Shown here in pieces: positions 39,791-52,900 of a stretch of DNA of 64,000 bases. The notes below the pieces were generated by a model. That model did not search any database. It was not told the origin of the DNA and saw only the letters and a list, made by a program, of their open reading frames with translations. How positions within the stretch are numbered: position 1 is the stretch's first letter; each line of letters starts with the position of its first letter. The stretch lies in NCBI GenBank assembly GCA_964106915.2, contig OZ066927.1. One strand, 5' to 3'. Made by a program: the position numbers and the translations under genes. The stretch comes from Podarcis gaigeae (Eukaryota).

Positions 39791-40145
39791 GGTAAAGGTA
39801 AAGGTAAAGGTACCCCTGCCTGTATGGGCCAGTCCTGTCCGACTCTAGGCTTGCGTGCTCATCTCGCTTAAGAGGCCGGGAGCCGTCGCCGTCCAAAGAC
39901 ACCTCCGGGTCACGTGGCCAGCGTGACAAAGCTGCAGCTGGCGAGCCAGCATCAGCGCCGCACACAGAAACGCCGTTACCTTCCTGCTATAAAGTGGTAC
40001 TTGCACTTAAGGGTGCTTTTGAACTGCTAGGTGGGCAGGAGCTGGGACCGAACGACGGGCGCTCACCCCGCAGCGGGGATTTGAACCGCCGACCTTATGA
40101 TCAGCAAGTCCTAGGCACTGAGGTTTTAGCCACAGTGCCACCCGC
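39791..40145 (-). mobile_element. Sauria/Squam1 SINE, near full length
   Basis: tRNA-like head GCGGGTGGCACTGTGGCTAAAACC...GGCGGTTCAAATCCCCGC, (ACCTTT)n tail, TSD GCAGGGAT (39783-39790 and 40144-40151). Confidence 0.9.
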
Positions 40146-41055
40146 AGGGATACCGGTTTGCAAATCCACCCCACTTTCTTCTGGAGCAGAACCCAGCAGT
40201 GTCTAGCTCCTCTGCTCCAGACACTTCCTCTGATGGCTCCTCCACAGCAGTTCCAAGCAGGATGCGCCTCTTGCATCCTCCCAAGGCAGGAGAGTTTTTC
40301 AGGATGAAGAAAGATGATCTTGGGTGTATGCCAGGGAGGGACGTGTTGCGGCAGGAAAGGGCCCCTGCCTTTTCTCTAGCAACAGGGGTGGGGAGGCTGC
40401 GTCAGGTGGCCTCCACAGACAAATGTTAGTCCAGGCCAGTGGGAGATGGCAGGCGACTTGAGGCAAGATACATGGCTGTGGACATCAGTCCCCGGTGAAA
40501 GGATCCCGCTCTGTCAGGCCGGGAAAGGCCAGTGCAGCAGAGGCTGAAGCCCAGCTCAGCAGGAGGGGATTTCTTGACTGCTTCTGCCTCCTGGAGGAAC
40601 TTTAGGTCCAGGCAGCCAAGCTCTTCCGAGGGGAAAGAAAATGGCCAGCAGAGGGAGAGCGGAAATTATGTTGTGGCTGGGGGGCCAAGAGATGCCTGGA
40701 AGCAGCTGGGCTCACTGGGCCACTCCAGGGCACACAGGAAAAGCTTGATCCAGTGGTCCCTTCACTTTGGAACTGCCTTCAGACTATATTGTGTTGAAGG
40801 TTTCCCTTGGCAACAGGCATCTGAAGAGGCTCCAGGGGAGAGGCTGCTGGGACCATCTAGGGGCCTCAGGTTTTTCCACCTGCCTTGCCCCACCCCTTTG
40901 CCTGGGATCCTTTTAAAGTGAAGATGCTGCTTGGGTATTTTTGTGTTAACTTTTTTTGTAGGAACACTAATGTGTTTGGTTCGTATTACTGTTAGAATGT
41001 TTTGAATGTGTATAATTTTGTATTGTTGATGTATGCATTATTGCATTTGTGTGTA

Positions 41056-41269
41056 CAGTCATGCCTCGGGTTGCGAACGTGATCTGTGCGAGAGGCACGT
41101 TCGCAACCCACAGCACTGTGTCTGTGCACATGCATGACACAATTTGGTGCTCCTGCGCATGCGTGAGCGCCAAAACCCGCAAGTAACCCATTCCGGTACT
41201 TCCGAGTTTGGTGCAGTCCGTAACCTGAAAATGTGCAACCCACAGTGTTCGCAACCCGAGGTGTGACTA
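41056..41269. mobile_element. Tigger-like MITE
   Basis: TIRs CAGTCATGCCTCGGGTTGCGAAC / GTTCGCAACCCGAGGTGTGACT. Confidence 0.8.
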
Positions 41270-42240
41270 TCTGCTAATTCTTGGGAGCCTTTCTGGCTAA
41301 AAGGTGGCATATAAATAAACAATAACATAAAGTAACAAGAGGGATTTCTTATTCCAGCCTGCATCTGTCCTGGGTTTGAAATAGTTTTTTAATATGCCAT
41401 GATTGTTAAAGCGCTTTGGCACTTTTCCCAGAAAGAGTTTCTTGAATGAAACAAAGAAATGAAGTTTATCACCAAGTTAAATGTTGAGTATAATTGTTTA
41501 ATTGCAGAATGAAATGGAGAATGTCTGCATGTATATTGCTAAGGGTATAACATTGGGGGGATGCTAAAGCTCTCTAAGCTTCTAGCTGGGTTAACGATTA
41601 ACTGTTGATGCTCTCTGCCCTTTTCACTTGAGTGTTTAACCTTAGACCACATGTTTACAGTATTCAATTGCAAATCTCCATTTTGAAGGGAGCTGCCTTT
41701 GATTTTTTATTTCCCAGGAATAGTGGGAGAAAGATGTGCAAATAAGTCTTTCCATGAGATACAGCTCCAGGCTGATGGGGACCGTAGGCAGAGACCTTTG
41801 ATTCTAGGTCTCTTTAGAGTCATATTTCTAAGATATCGAGCCTATGCTTGGACAAGTCTTATAGAATTATTTGGAGTTATCATTATTTGTTTTTGTACTG
41901 TACCAATTTTGAAGAAGTTCTGGTTAGTAAAGCTCGCTTATCATATTTATCATATTTATGGGTCTGGACAATTTTTATTCTGAAAGGAGTCAGCTTTTAT
42001 GCATCCAATTGCTTCAAGCTACGCAATATTAATATGTGCAGTAGTAACCCCTCCACCCTATCCCAGACCCACCAGCTGCTTTTCAGTTTCCAATTCAGGC
42101 TTGGACTTCCCTTTGTGGGGGAAACTCTGTCCTCCCTGTCTCCCTTTTCTCCCCCTTTGCCTTGGCCTTTACTCCCCCAAGCAATGGCCATGCACACGCC
42201 CCACTAGTCACACAAATCACCACAACTGTGATAGACCTTC

Positions 42241-42268
42241 TTTATTAAGTGGGTTAACGATCTTTATT
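42241..42268 (-). terminator. Duplicated AATAAA poly(A) signals, probable IL21R 3' end
   Basis: TTTATT at 42241-42246 and 42263-42268 inside a 22-bp tandem duplication, about 650 nt past the stop codon. Confidence 0.6.
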
Positions 42269-42913
42269 AAGTGGGTTAACAAATGCCAACATAATTGGTC
42301 CCTGCCCAGGGCTCACAGCCTGAAGTGTGGTGGCCCCAAAAAAGAGGAGGAAAGGATAAGAAAAGAGGGAGGGGGAAGGTTGGGGGTCCTCTGGGGCTCT
42401 TCATGGAGCCTAGCTACTGCTGCTGCTCCAGAGAGTCCAGCTTTGGTGGGGGGGCCTCCTCCTGATTGATGCTGGCCTTGAAGACTACAATTTTCTCCCC
42501 ACCAAAGGGGTAGAGCAAATGTGATGGGCATGTCTCCCTCTCTCTGCCCAGCTCACCCCACCCATGTACACCCCCTGTGGTTTGGAACTTGAAGTCTGTT
42601 TTGTAAACTACACAAACTACACTCCCAACTTCATCCAAAGATTTCACAGCCTTTGTAAAAATATTAACCTTTTTAAGCAAAAAGAGGAATTTGCCATGGA
42701 GGGGGAAAAACAGCTTCCAGTCCTGGGATGGGTGGGTCTCCAGGTGCAAAGGAGGAGGTGTCTGGTAGTGGCAGGAAAGGCTTCCCTGCTTACATCTCTC
42801 TTACACAGGAGAAAGCGGAGCGTCCAAGCAAGGCCCCTAGATCTTTGCAAGGAGTGAAGGAGCTTCACGGTGGCCTCGACAGGTGCTCAGCTAATGCTTC
42901 CCCTTCTGTGCTT

Positions 42914-45900
42914 TTAACTGGGCTGCGCTCTGTTGTGACAGGAGGAGACCCACTGCTTGACATAGCTGGGCAGGAGCTCTTCCCCTGTCTCTCCGCTTTC
43001 CACACTGAGGGGTTCAGACCCACAGCCTGTCGGCCTCCTCAGAAACTCAGAGTCCACAGGGCTCCCACAGTCACACTCTGCAAAGCCACTGTCAATGGTA
43101 TCCAGATCCAGGCCATTGGCAAGGAGGTCCCCATCTGCATCCAAGTCAGGAGAGAGCAGGTCTCGGTAGGAAGCTATGTCCTCCTCCTCTGGAGACAAGA
43201 GGCCTTCCAGGGTCCAGGGCTCAGGAGGCGAACCAAAAAAGTCCACCTCCTTCCCAGACTTTTTTCTGCCCAGGGAGCCACCAGCTTGCGAGAAAGGAGT
43301 AAGAGTCTCGAAGAGAGGGTCTCCTGACCAGGACTCCAAGGCAGACAAGAAAGCCTTCCTCTGAGCTGTTGCTGGTGAGACCATGTCCACCAGGAGCAGA
43401 TTCTCGGAGATCTGGCCCTCATTGAAGAGGATGCCCTGGTAGGCATCTCTTTCGTCCTGGCCCTCCTCCAGAGCACAGCATGCTGTGGCCCCCTTGCATT
43501 GCGGGCAGCAGGCGGTAAACTCTCCAGCCACAGTGACGGTGTCAATGGAGAGGTGGCCGTAGGCCTGATCATGGGTGGCATCCTGGCTCCCAGGCAGGTG
43601 GGAAGCAAATGTAGCAGGGGAGGGTGCATGGCCTCCACTCTGCTGCTCCTTGGCAGGGCTGGGGGAAAGGGGCTTTTGGCCCATCCCAAACACATCCAGC
43701 AGGGCTGTGCTCCATTCAAAGTTGTCCAGCATGGCTCCAGGGCAGGAGATGCTGCCGCCCACCCACTTCTGCACAGGAGAGAGAGAGAGAGAGGTGTCAG
43801 CAGGCCGTGGCCAGAGAAACAGCAGGTGTGGGCCTTTTTTTAACCACCTGGGGAATGGAAGGAATTGCATACCTTCAGAAGGACGTATCCCAGGAGAGGA
43901 GCTCATTCCTCCAACCCAGACTGTGCAACAAATGCCCACATATCAGCTACCCCATCATCTCCTGGCATCCTTCTGTGCAAAGAGGAAACTCCTCCCCCAC
44001 CTGCAATGCACCTGGTGGCTGCAAGGGCTATGTGCTTTCCACAGGACTCTGCCCAGAGCTCACTTTTTCAGAGAGGATCCTGTCCCATAGGGATGGGAAC
44101 TGGGGTGAGAGAAAAGCAGGCAGAGCCCCTGCTGTGGGGTGGGGGACATGGAGGAAGCCTAGGGTGGGGGAGAAGGCCTTGTGTCACGCGGAGACCCCCA
44201 CTCCTTCACCAAGTCCCCAACTTCTCTGCAGAATATTAGGCAGCCTGATGTCCTCCCTACCACCGACCATGCCTTAAGGCTCCTGGCACTTGAGGCAGGA
44301 CCTCACCCCCAAACACACATACAGGAACTTTATGCTTTGGGTGATGCCTGGAGGATCCGTAGGTGCCTGTGGGTCAATTCAAACAACCACTCCAACACCC
44401 TCCCCTTCCTGTATGGTGGGTAGGAGTCGCTTGTACCTTGAAATCTCCATTGTGGATCAGGTAGAGGGCCTGGAAAAAGGGGGCCGGGCTGGGGATGAAG
44501 ATGTCCAGCTTCTTCCACAACCTGTCAGAGGGAAAGGAGAGCTGGAGGCCTTTTGTGGGGAATGCCCAAACTTCATTCCACTGACTACCCACGGAAGGGA
44601 CTAGGAGCATGGCCAGGCCTTGAGGCATTGGCGTCTCAGGCTTGCTGCCCGGCAACTGCCTTGTCCAAGGAACCTCATGGCTTCCCTTTCCAGGGAACTC
44701 AGCCAGCCACTGCCACAAGCAAGCAAGCCCATGGGCTGGTGCTCTGCAGACTGAGGGAAAGAGGGAGTGGGCTTGGTGGACTTACCTGAGCACAGCTTCT
44801 TGAGAGTTGATGCCTCCCCCACCCACCATTTCCTTTCTCTGTGCAGGGTAGGTCATCCAGCTGGGAAGTGGGCAGCCTGTGGCAAACCAGAAGCTCTCAG
44901 CAGCCCCACCACCCCAGCATCCAGCATCCAACTCCCACACTCACCTTTGGTGCTGCCAGCCCAGGAAGACCACGAGAGCAACCAATGGGCTGAGCACCAG
45001 CAGGAACCACAAGGACCACTTGTCTCCTGGCCTGTCCTCCATGGCTGAGGAAGGAAACCAGTAATATCAGTTACTTTCCTTGGTAGTTCCACTGGGGGTT
45101 GCCAGGGTGGGCTGGGCTCTGGGGCTCTGTCAAGATGAGTTTCCCTGGGATCACGGCCACAGCTCCCTCCTAGGGCAGCAGAGTAGCAGGAGGGGGTCTA
45201 CTTGACAGGAAAGAAGAGATGCTGCTCCTCTGATCTGCCATGGATTCATGGTCTCAAAGGTGCAGAAGGCCCCCCTGGACTGGGAGAGGGGCTTATGAAC
45301 GGCCTTTGATAGGAAGGTTCAGCCCTCCTTGTATGGGCAGAGGCCAAGACCCCCTCGTGAGGAGGGAGGGAGGACTCACCCCTCGGCAGCGTCCTCAAGG
45401 TCGTCTTGGGGCTCCAGTCGCTCCAAGTGCCCTGGTATGAGGAGTCTTCCCTTGGCTTCGCCCGAACCTGGAGTTCGTAGTCTGTGTCCCCTTTGAACTC
45501 CTGGGGGAGCCACAGGGTCTCGGTGTACTGCAGAAGATGGTTGTGCCTCTGCATGAAAGGGAAGAAGCCAAAGGGCTGGGAGGAATTCTGGGAAACGCTC
45601 CTTAGCTCTGCCACCTTCACAGCAATTCAGAGGAGTTACTCAAATGATCCTGAAAGAGCCCCATGACTTCCCGGTGCCCCTGAAGCCCAAGTCCAGAGAA
45701 GCACTAAGAAACTTTGGGGCTAAGCTCCAGGGTGGCCAGCCAGCCACTGAGGGCCTGACTGGGCAAATGGTGCCCGACACCATCCAGCTCAGGCTGGCCC
45801 TTGCCTCCTGGCTTACCTGCCATGGATGTCCCCTCTGCCGGTAGCGCAACTCATACTGCAGCTCCGTGTCCAGGTAGAAGTACTCATCTTGCTGGTACAT

Positions 45901-48900
45901 GGTGCTCCAGGAGAGGTTGTAGCCCTCAGGGGAGACAATAGCCCTCAGGCTGAACGGTGGGGACGGCTTAACTGGGGAAAGAGTCAAGGTGAGCTCCTGG
46001 GGGCATCTGGCTGACAGGACTTGGCCCCCACCCACTGGGTGAAGCAGCAGTGACACCCCCCAAATCCCCAGAGGGTAGTTGTGGGGGAAAACCCCTGCAG
46101 GGCATGACAGGGGGATGTCCCTCCAGCCTCCAAGTGGAGCAAGGTGAAAACATCTGGGGCTGCTGGGGTTGAATGAAAGGCAGTGGGTTATTCATTCACA
46201 TTTATATTCATTCATTGAATACACTGCCCTTCATCCGAATATTCCAGGGCAGTTTACAACAGAAAAACACAAAATACATAATGGTGGGGGTGGGGTGGAT
46301 GGAGAATAACCCCGTCAAAACATTTAAAAGGCCCCAGGTTGTTTAATCGGCCCACGGTTAGCTGGCTGTAGGAGCTTGAAAACTCCTTGCCTCCAGCCTT
46401 GTAAATAAACCCAAATCTCAAAAAATGCCACCACCACACCCGTAAGTGAGGAAGGCTCTCTGAGCTAGGCAGCAACAAGCCCCTTTCTCCCTGCGCATGC
46501 CAGCAGCCCCTGCGTGTGTCCTCCTCCTCCCAGTCCCACAGAGTCCTGGCCCACCCCTTGGGGCTTGGGTGGGTGCCGGGGGGGGGGAGGGGGCTACCCA
46601 CTTACCTCCCCCCCCCATACTTACAGTGTTCTTGGAAGACAAACTCGTTCTTACACACTTGCCGTTGCTCATCCCCCAGCTTCACGACCACCTCAAAGTT
46701 GTTGTTCCCAAAGCAGATATTCTGCTCTGCAAAGCAGGTATATCGGGCGGCGGAGGCGGCGGTACCATTGGAGGTGAAGGAGCAGTTGCCGCCTTCTCCG
46801 CAGTCCCTGCGAACACCAAAGATGCCCCCGCTCAGTGTGGGACGGCCATGGCTGCTCCCTCCGTGAGCCAGGGAAGTCCCACAGCTGCAGCCATGATCTC
46901 AAGAGGACCCCAATTGGGGCAGCCGTGGCGCGAGACCCGTGCACAGGCGCCTGGAGCGGCTTCGTGCAGTCTGGCGGCTCCCGAGCAGGAGGCGGCGGCG
47001 GCGGCAGCTGCACCTGAGGCGCGGCCTAGCTTGTGAGGCGCTGCTGAGTTGCCCTGCCTGGGCTCCGGCCGCAACATGAGTATTGGCGCCTCGGATCGGA
47101 ACGAGGAGTTCTACCAGCAGCTGCGGCTGCAGGAGCTGTACGGCAAGGAGGGCGAGGAAGGTGGCGAGGACCCTTTCACGTACACGGACCTGGCGGGCGG
47201 GACGCAGTACGAGTGGGATCCCGACAAGAAGGCCTGGTTCCTGAAGGTTACTGAAGATTTCCTGGCTACATATCATGCTAACTACGGCTTTCCCACTGAA
47301 AGTTCAGATAGTTCATCTGCTTCTCTTAGAAAGACTGAATCTAAAACGCCTACAGATTCAAAGGCTACCCAGGTCTAGCAGGCAACAGGTCCAAAAGCAT
47401 CTCAGGCAACGGATCTTAAACCAAAAGGAGAGAGAATAAAACGTGAAGCAGGATGGTTTCATGTTGAAGAACAGAGAAACACAAATGTGTATGTGACAGG
47501 TTTACCGCCAGACATTACAAAAGATGAGTTCGTGCAGGTTATATCAAAATGTGGTATTGTTATGTGTGATCCACAAACAGAGGAGCCTAAAATTAAACTT
47601 TAAAAAGACAAAGAAGGAAATCTGAAAGGAGATGGGCTCTGCTGCTACTTAAAGAGATAATCTGTTGAACTAGCCTTCAAACTATTGGATGAAAATGAAA
47701 TTAGAGGCTACAAATTGCATGTGGAAGTTGCACAGTTTCAACCGAAGGGGGAGTACGATGCCAGCAAGAAGAAAAAGAAATGCAAAGACTACAAGAAGAA
47801 GCTGTCTCAACAACAAAAACTTCTGGATTGGAGACCGGAGAAGAAAGATGGCAGTGTTCGAATGTGGCACGAGCGTGTTATTATTATCAGGAACATGTTC
47901 CACCCAAGCGATTTTGAGGAAGATCCTTTAGTGCTAAATGAGATAAGAGAAGATCTTCAGACAGAATGTGAAAAGAAAGTAATTTTATTTGATAGGCACC
48001 CAGATGGTGTTGCTTCTGTGTCATTTAAAGAAGCAGAAGAAGGAGATGCCTGCAAACAGGCTCTCAACGGGCGATGGTTTGGTGGACGTCAGCTCTCTGT
48101 GGAGACATGGGATGGTGTAACATATTATTAGGTCGAGGAGACTTCAAGAGAAAGGGAAGAGAGACCGAAGGGTTGGCAAAAGTTTTTAGGTGATCCAAAT
48201 ATAGAAATGCCAAAAACAGCATCTGATGCAGATTCTTCGGAAACATGTGTCCAGCTCCCAGAAGGCATCCAGCCATCTAAAGATAACAGTGCATCTGAGG
48301 GTGGCCCAAAGGGTGAAGCAGCTGAGAGAGGAGATAATGGCGAGGGTACCAATGAAGATGTCACAGCATCCACAGCGGAGACAGAATGTCTTTAACTCAT
48401 TTGTAAAAGCATGTATGTAGGGTAACCTTTAGACCTCTATTATCCTGTGCTTCGAAGCAACTGCAGGCAACATTCAAATGAATATAAATGCATTACCCTA
48501 TTAAGATATCATCAGCGTGTTTTGAGGTGTTTCATTAAAAGCAACATTTAATGATCATCTTTAAAAACATATGTTCATATCTGCTGCGGTCCAAGCTATA
48601 TGTATGTGTCCATAAGTTGCCAAGAGCCTGCTGAACTGACCAGCTGTCTTACATTATATCTTTGCTTGTCAGTGAAGTCCATTAGTGTGAGCAGGTACAA
48701 ACTTGCAGTTCCTATTAACTACACAATGACCTTTAGAATTACAGAGGTATGAATGCTTTCAATTTTTTTGCTCCCAATTTCCTTAATGCCCCAATCTTTG
48801 GGTGTTCCAGTACTTATTTGGATGAGCTGGCTTTCCTGCACACTTTTAAAATAACAGATCACTGAGAATACATTACAGTATTGGCACCCTGTACATGTAG

Positions 48901-51582
48901 CTGGGGAGTGGAAAAACAATGATCACCCGCAATTAATAAAGATAAATGTTCTGAAAGTACTCTCCTAGGATGCAAAGTTTTCAATGACTGAAGTTCCCCA
49001 TTCATTTTAATTCACTTTAAATCCTGATGAGATTAGATGACAAATAGGAAAAATGTGTAAATAAGACTGATCTCTTTTTTAAATTTTTTGATGATGAATT
49101 CATATTGGAAACAAAGCGAGAGCTTGTGTGGTGGAAGTGCTATTCTTTTTTCTTATTACTGTGTTCAAATGTAGTTTGGTTTCAGGCGTTTGTCAAGGGG
49201 CCTGTTCTTTTTGTATGCTTGGTTTTACTACAGGAGATTACAAACAAAATTGTTTTGAGATTCCCTCTCAAAATTGTTGCTCAAATTTTTAAAGACAGAT
49301 CTTTGTTTACAGATACAAACCATTCAGAACTAGCAAACAAGATCTATCAAATCAACTGCACTGAAAACCATCAAACTTACTATTTTTAAGCTCAATTCAG
49401 ACATAATGAGAAACCATGAACTTCCATGATAAGAATGAGCAACAGTGGGCGTCTTCCTCCTAATGTTTAGCATACCCTCTTTGTATTTGGGAATATGGGA
49501 TTATGTTTTTTAAAATTAAAGAGATTAAATTTGCATTTTAAAACAAGAGGACGCTGCCCTGCATGGCCCATGTAGACCCTACCAGCTTCATCGCTTTCCC
49601 CATTCTACCAAGCAGCCATTTGCTGGAATGAACCTGCTGGCTGGGGTGGGCTGCCTTAGCCTTCACCCCCCCCCCAATCCAAACTGTCTTGCTGTAGTCC
49701 AGGATTTCCCAAAGTTGTGTCTCCAGCTGGTTTTGGATTACAACTCCCATCATCCCTAGCTAGCAGGACCAGTGGATTATGGGAATTGTAGTCCAAAACA
49801 GCTGGAGACCCAACTCTGGGAAACCCTGCTAGTCATTCCAGATTCAGAAGGACTTAAAGGAAAGGAAAGCTGAAGGCATGAAGGGAGCTGGCAGTGGCCA
49901 AGGAGGGCTCAGCGGCTAAAGTGGCTTCCATCCTGGCAGCTGTGAGGAGACACACCCACCACAAATGTGCAGCAGGGTTGTCTGATGGCACAAGCCTGAC
50001 CAGCATTAGCTAGAGAGCAGACTCAGCTACAGCCGAAACAGCTGGTTAAGTATGTCCACAAAGGTGTGCCAAGGAGCCCCAAGGGTTAGCAGAGAAGGGG
50101 GCCATTCTCCTCCACCCCCAAGCAAAGCCAGGGTTTGGGAGCCACAGAGAACAATATTCTGTCCCCGAACCCTGTGAAAGTCATGGGGGCAGCCCTAAAG
50201 TCCCAGGGGGCTGGGGTCAATGGCATGTCTTCCTCCACATCCATACATACCATGTTGCTGTGAGATGGTACTGAGCTCTGCTGGAAGCATGGGGGTCATT
50301 TCCCCACAAGCATGTCAAGGTCTGGATGTAGTCGGCAAAACAGGTGAGATTCCCACAAGCTGAAGCTAGAGATGAGACAGGTGAGACAGATGTGGCTGCT
50401 CAGAGGGTAGGATGCATGATGCAGATACCCATCTGTCCCCTATCCCACAATACATCTGAAAGATATTTAATTCTGGTAGAGGACGTGAGTAGGCCTGCCT
50501 CCCGAAAAAACAAAACCCATCCAACCTACTAAATCTAGGTGCCTCGGTCAGAACCATCTCCACCTGCAGCTATGCTCTGAAGCTCAGGCCTAAAAGCCTC
50601 CAATTCCAACTTCCTGGCCTTCCCTGTGATTGAACTTTGGACTTCTAGTGCTGACCACTTGTGGATTTTGGGTGGCCATTGTGGTCAGTGCAGGTGTTCT
50701 GCTTATGGGTCACCTACAGTAGGACATCCCTAGCAAGGGGATGAAGATCCCCACCGCCTTGCCAAGGAATCGAAGGCTATTTCCACAGCAAGCATTTAGT
50801 CGCCCTGCTTTGAGCACTCAGTCTTGATGGGGCATCCACACACCATCAGCATCTCCTTGTGGCTCAAAAATCCCTGCCCCAAACAATCAGGCTGTGAGGA
50901 GGTGCATACCCTCCAAAATTCCTCAGATGAAAAGGTGGGAATGTTTAATAATACATCCCACAGAAAATAGGGACATTCTTGCAATTGGAGACTACGGAAT
51001 AGGCGTCTTGACACTATAGGAGACGGGTGGAGAGTCTCTGGCTTGTGGGCCCACCTTGGCTACCAGGGGCTGCACTTTGGCCTGCGAGATCACATGCCCA
51101 TCACTGGTAGTGTCAGCCAATGAGCAGGACAGGATTGAATCCCACAGCGGCTGCACAATCCTGTTCCAATCCCTGCTCATCAGCTGAAATCTTTCCACCC
51201 CTAACAGTGAGGGATGTGCCACAGCTGCACAGACACTCCATTTGGCTTTCACTAAGACACCCCTTGACATGGGGACAATGACCCCCACCCCACTGAAAGC
51301 ACTTTCACATAAGGGCTTGGTGACACTGCTTGCACAAACTCATTGCACTGTTGCTTCTGGCAAACAGGTCTTTCTGCATTGTTTCAAAATGTCTCGATGA
51401 GTATTGTTTTTGCAAATTGAATGAATAAGCTGCACTGCATGCGTGTGTGAACTTCCCCCTCCACCTCCTCCCACATGGAAAGCAAAACCACTTTCAATCG
51501 CCTGAATGCATTCTTGGAGGCTGGGCTTACCTTGCTGAAGGAAGAGCAGCAGCAGCAGCCATCCCCACACCTGGCCTGCCAT
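42914..51582 (-). CDS. IL21R: IL21R, interleukin-21 receptor (8 coding exons, 570 aa)
   Basis: Exons 51531-51582 (MAGQVWGWLLLLLFLQQ), 50251-50365 (CGNLTCFADYIQTLTC), 46625-46806, 45817-45971 (KPSPPF..LQYELRYRQRGHPW), 45380-45548 (YELQVRAKP..SSYQGTWSDWS), 44945-45044 (TM), 44437-44521 (LWKK..IPSPAPFF..HNGDFK), 42914-43768 (YGHLSIDTVTV, GLDLDTIDSGF, DCGSPV, SYVKQWV). 1713 nt open frame. Confidence 0.95.
46909..49543 (+). pseudogene. HTATSF1: Processed (retro)pseudogene of HTATSF1 (Tat-SF1), antisense within an IL21R intron
   Basis: Intronless frame 47076-48395 (NEEFYQQLRLQELYG, YEWDPDKKAWF, RRM NTNVYVTGLP, UHM IIRNMF...LNGRWFGGR). In-frame stops at 47376, 47601, 47658 and 48129; small in-frame deletion at CEK^KVILFD. 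Also 5' UTR, about 1.1 kb 3' UTR, ATTAAA at 49515 and 49524, and candidate TSD CAAGAGGAC (46900-46908 and 49544-49552). Confidence 0.93.
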
Positions 51583-52254
51583 CCTTCCTCTTGCCACAGT
51601 CCCTTGGGGCTCTCTGCAAGACAATTCAGAGCAACTTTGTCAGGAATGAGAGAGAAGAGTGTGAGATTCCAGGAAGGGATCCCAGAAACTTTCAGGCACT
51701 GAGTGAGAGGAGCATCTGGAGTCCAAATCCTCGAAGACCAGCCAGATTGCAAACTCACATTTTTTGAGCTGTCAGGGTGCCCTCACAGCAGGATACACAC
51801 AGACATGCAATTCACTGTATTCTTATTTTATTTTAATTTATGCATTTTCAACTTTTCTATTTACACATCATACATTTTCCATCATACAAAATGTCGCTAT
51901 AGACTTCCCAACCCAACATACTGTGGCATTCCAGGTGTACCTTACATTGCTGTATATCTGATAATTCTCTTACCCTGTTTTTCTCCTTTCAATTCCTCCA
52001 TTGTTAACTGTTGCTCATTAAATTACCCCTACTTGTAGGTTAGTTTTAGTATCATATATTTTAAAATATTCTCTGAGGCTTTGCCACTCGCCCCTTATCT
52101 GTTTCTCGCCTTGTAAATTCACTGTAAATAAGTGTCAAGTGATGAATATTGGGGCAAACAAACAAATAAAAACATAGTTTCCCATATGGTCTAAATTTCT
52201 CATGTGGTCTCAACTGGCGGTGACAGACCAGAAATGAAATCTTGAGGTCATAAT

Positions 52255-52900
52255 AGATAGCTCAGAGAAGACATTGACCCAGTATTCAGCAGCTGTGAAA
52301 AATGCATTATTCCATAGTAGGGATCATTAGTGGGGGGAAATGGAAGATAAATCTGCCAGCATCATAATGCCATTATACAAATGAGACCACATTTGGAATA
52401 TTGTGTACAGTTCTGATAACCTCACCTCTAAAAGGATAAGCTAGAGTTGGGAAAGGTTCAGAAAGGGGCAACCAAAATTATTAAAAAAGACTTCAGCATT
52501 TGAGACTTTTAGAGAAAAGGTGAGTAAGAGACAACATAACAGAAATTTATAGAATTATGCATGACACAGAGAAAGTGGGTGAGAACTCATGAACATTCAA
52601 TGAAGCTGAATGCTGAAAAAATCAAGATAGATAAAAGCAGTGCTTTTTCTTTCTTTGCAGGGAGTACTCGAGGGTAAGCAGTACTGGCACCTCTTTTTTG
52701 TTGTTGTAAAAAAAGTGGGCCACTTACTGTAATAACTTCACGGCGAGTAGCGGCACCTATTTTTCTAAGGGGAAAAGCACTGGATAAAAGAAAGTCCTTC
52801 ATGCAGTGCATAGTTGAACTAAGGAATCCACATCACAGGCCTTTAAAATGTGATTAGACCAATTCACGGAGGATAGAGCTATCAATGGATTCTACTTGTC
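52255..52900 (+). mobile_element. CR1 LINE 3' fragment
   Basis: RPHLEYCVQF*/LGKVQKGATK-like CR1 reverse-transcriptase C-terminal motifs and CR1 3' end. Confidence 0.75.
52638..52782. mobile_element. hAT MITE nested in CR1
   Basis: TIRs CAGTGCTTTT / AAAAGCACTG; 8-bp TSD GATAAAAG (52630-52637 and 52783-52790). Confidence 0.85.

Noticed and set aside
47685-48131. 148-aa ORF as a functional HTATSF1 protein
   Set aside because: Starts at TTG and lies between nonsense codons of the retrocopy.
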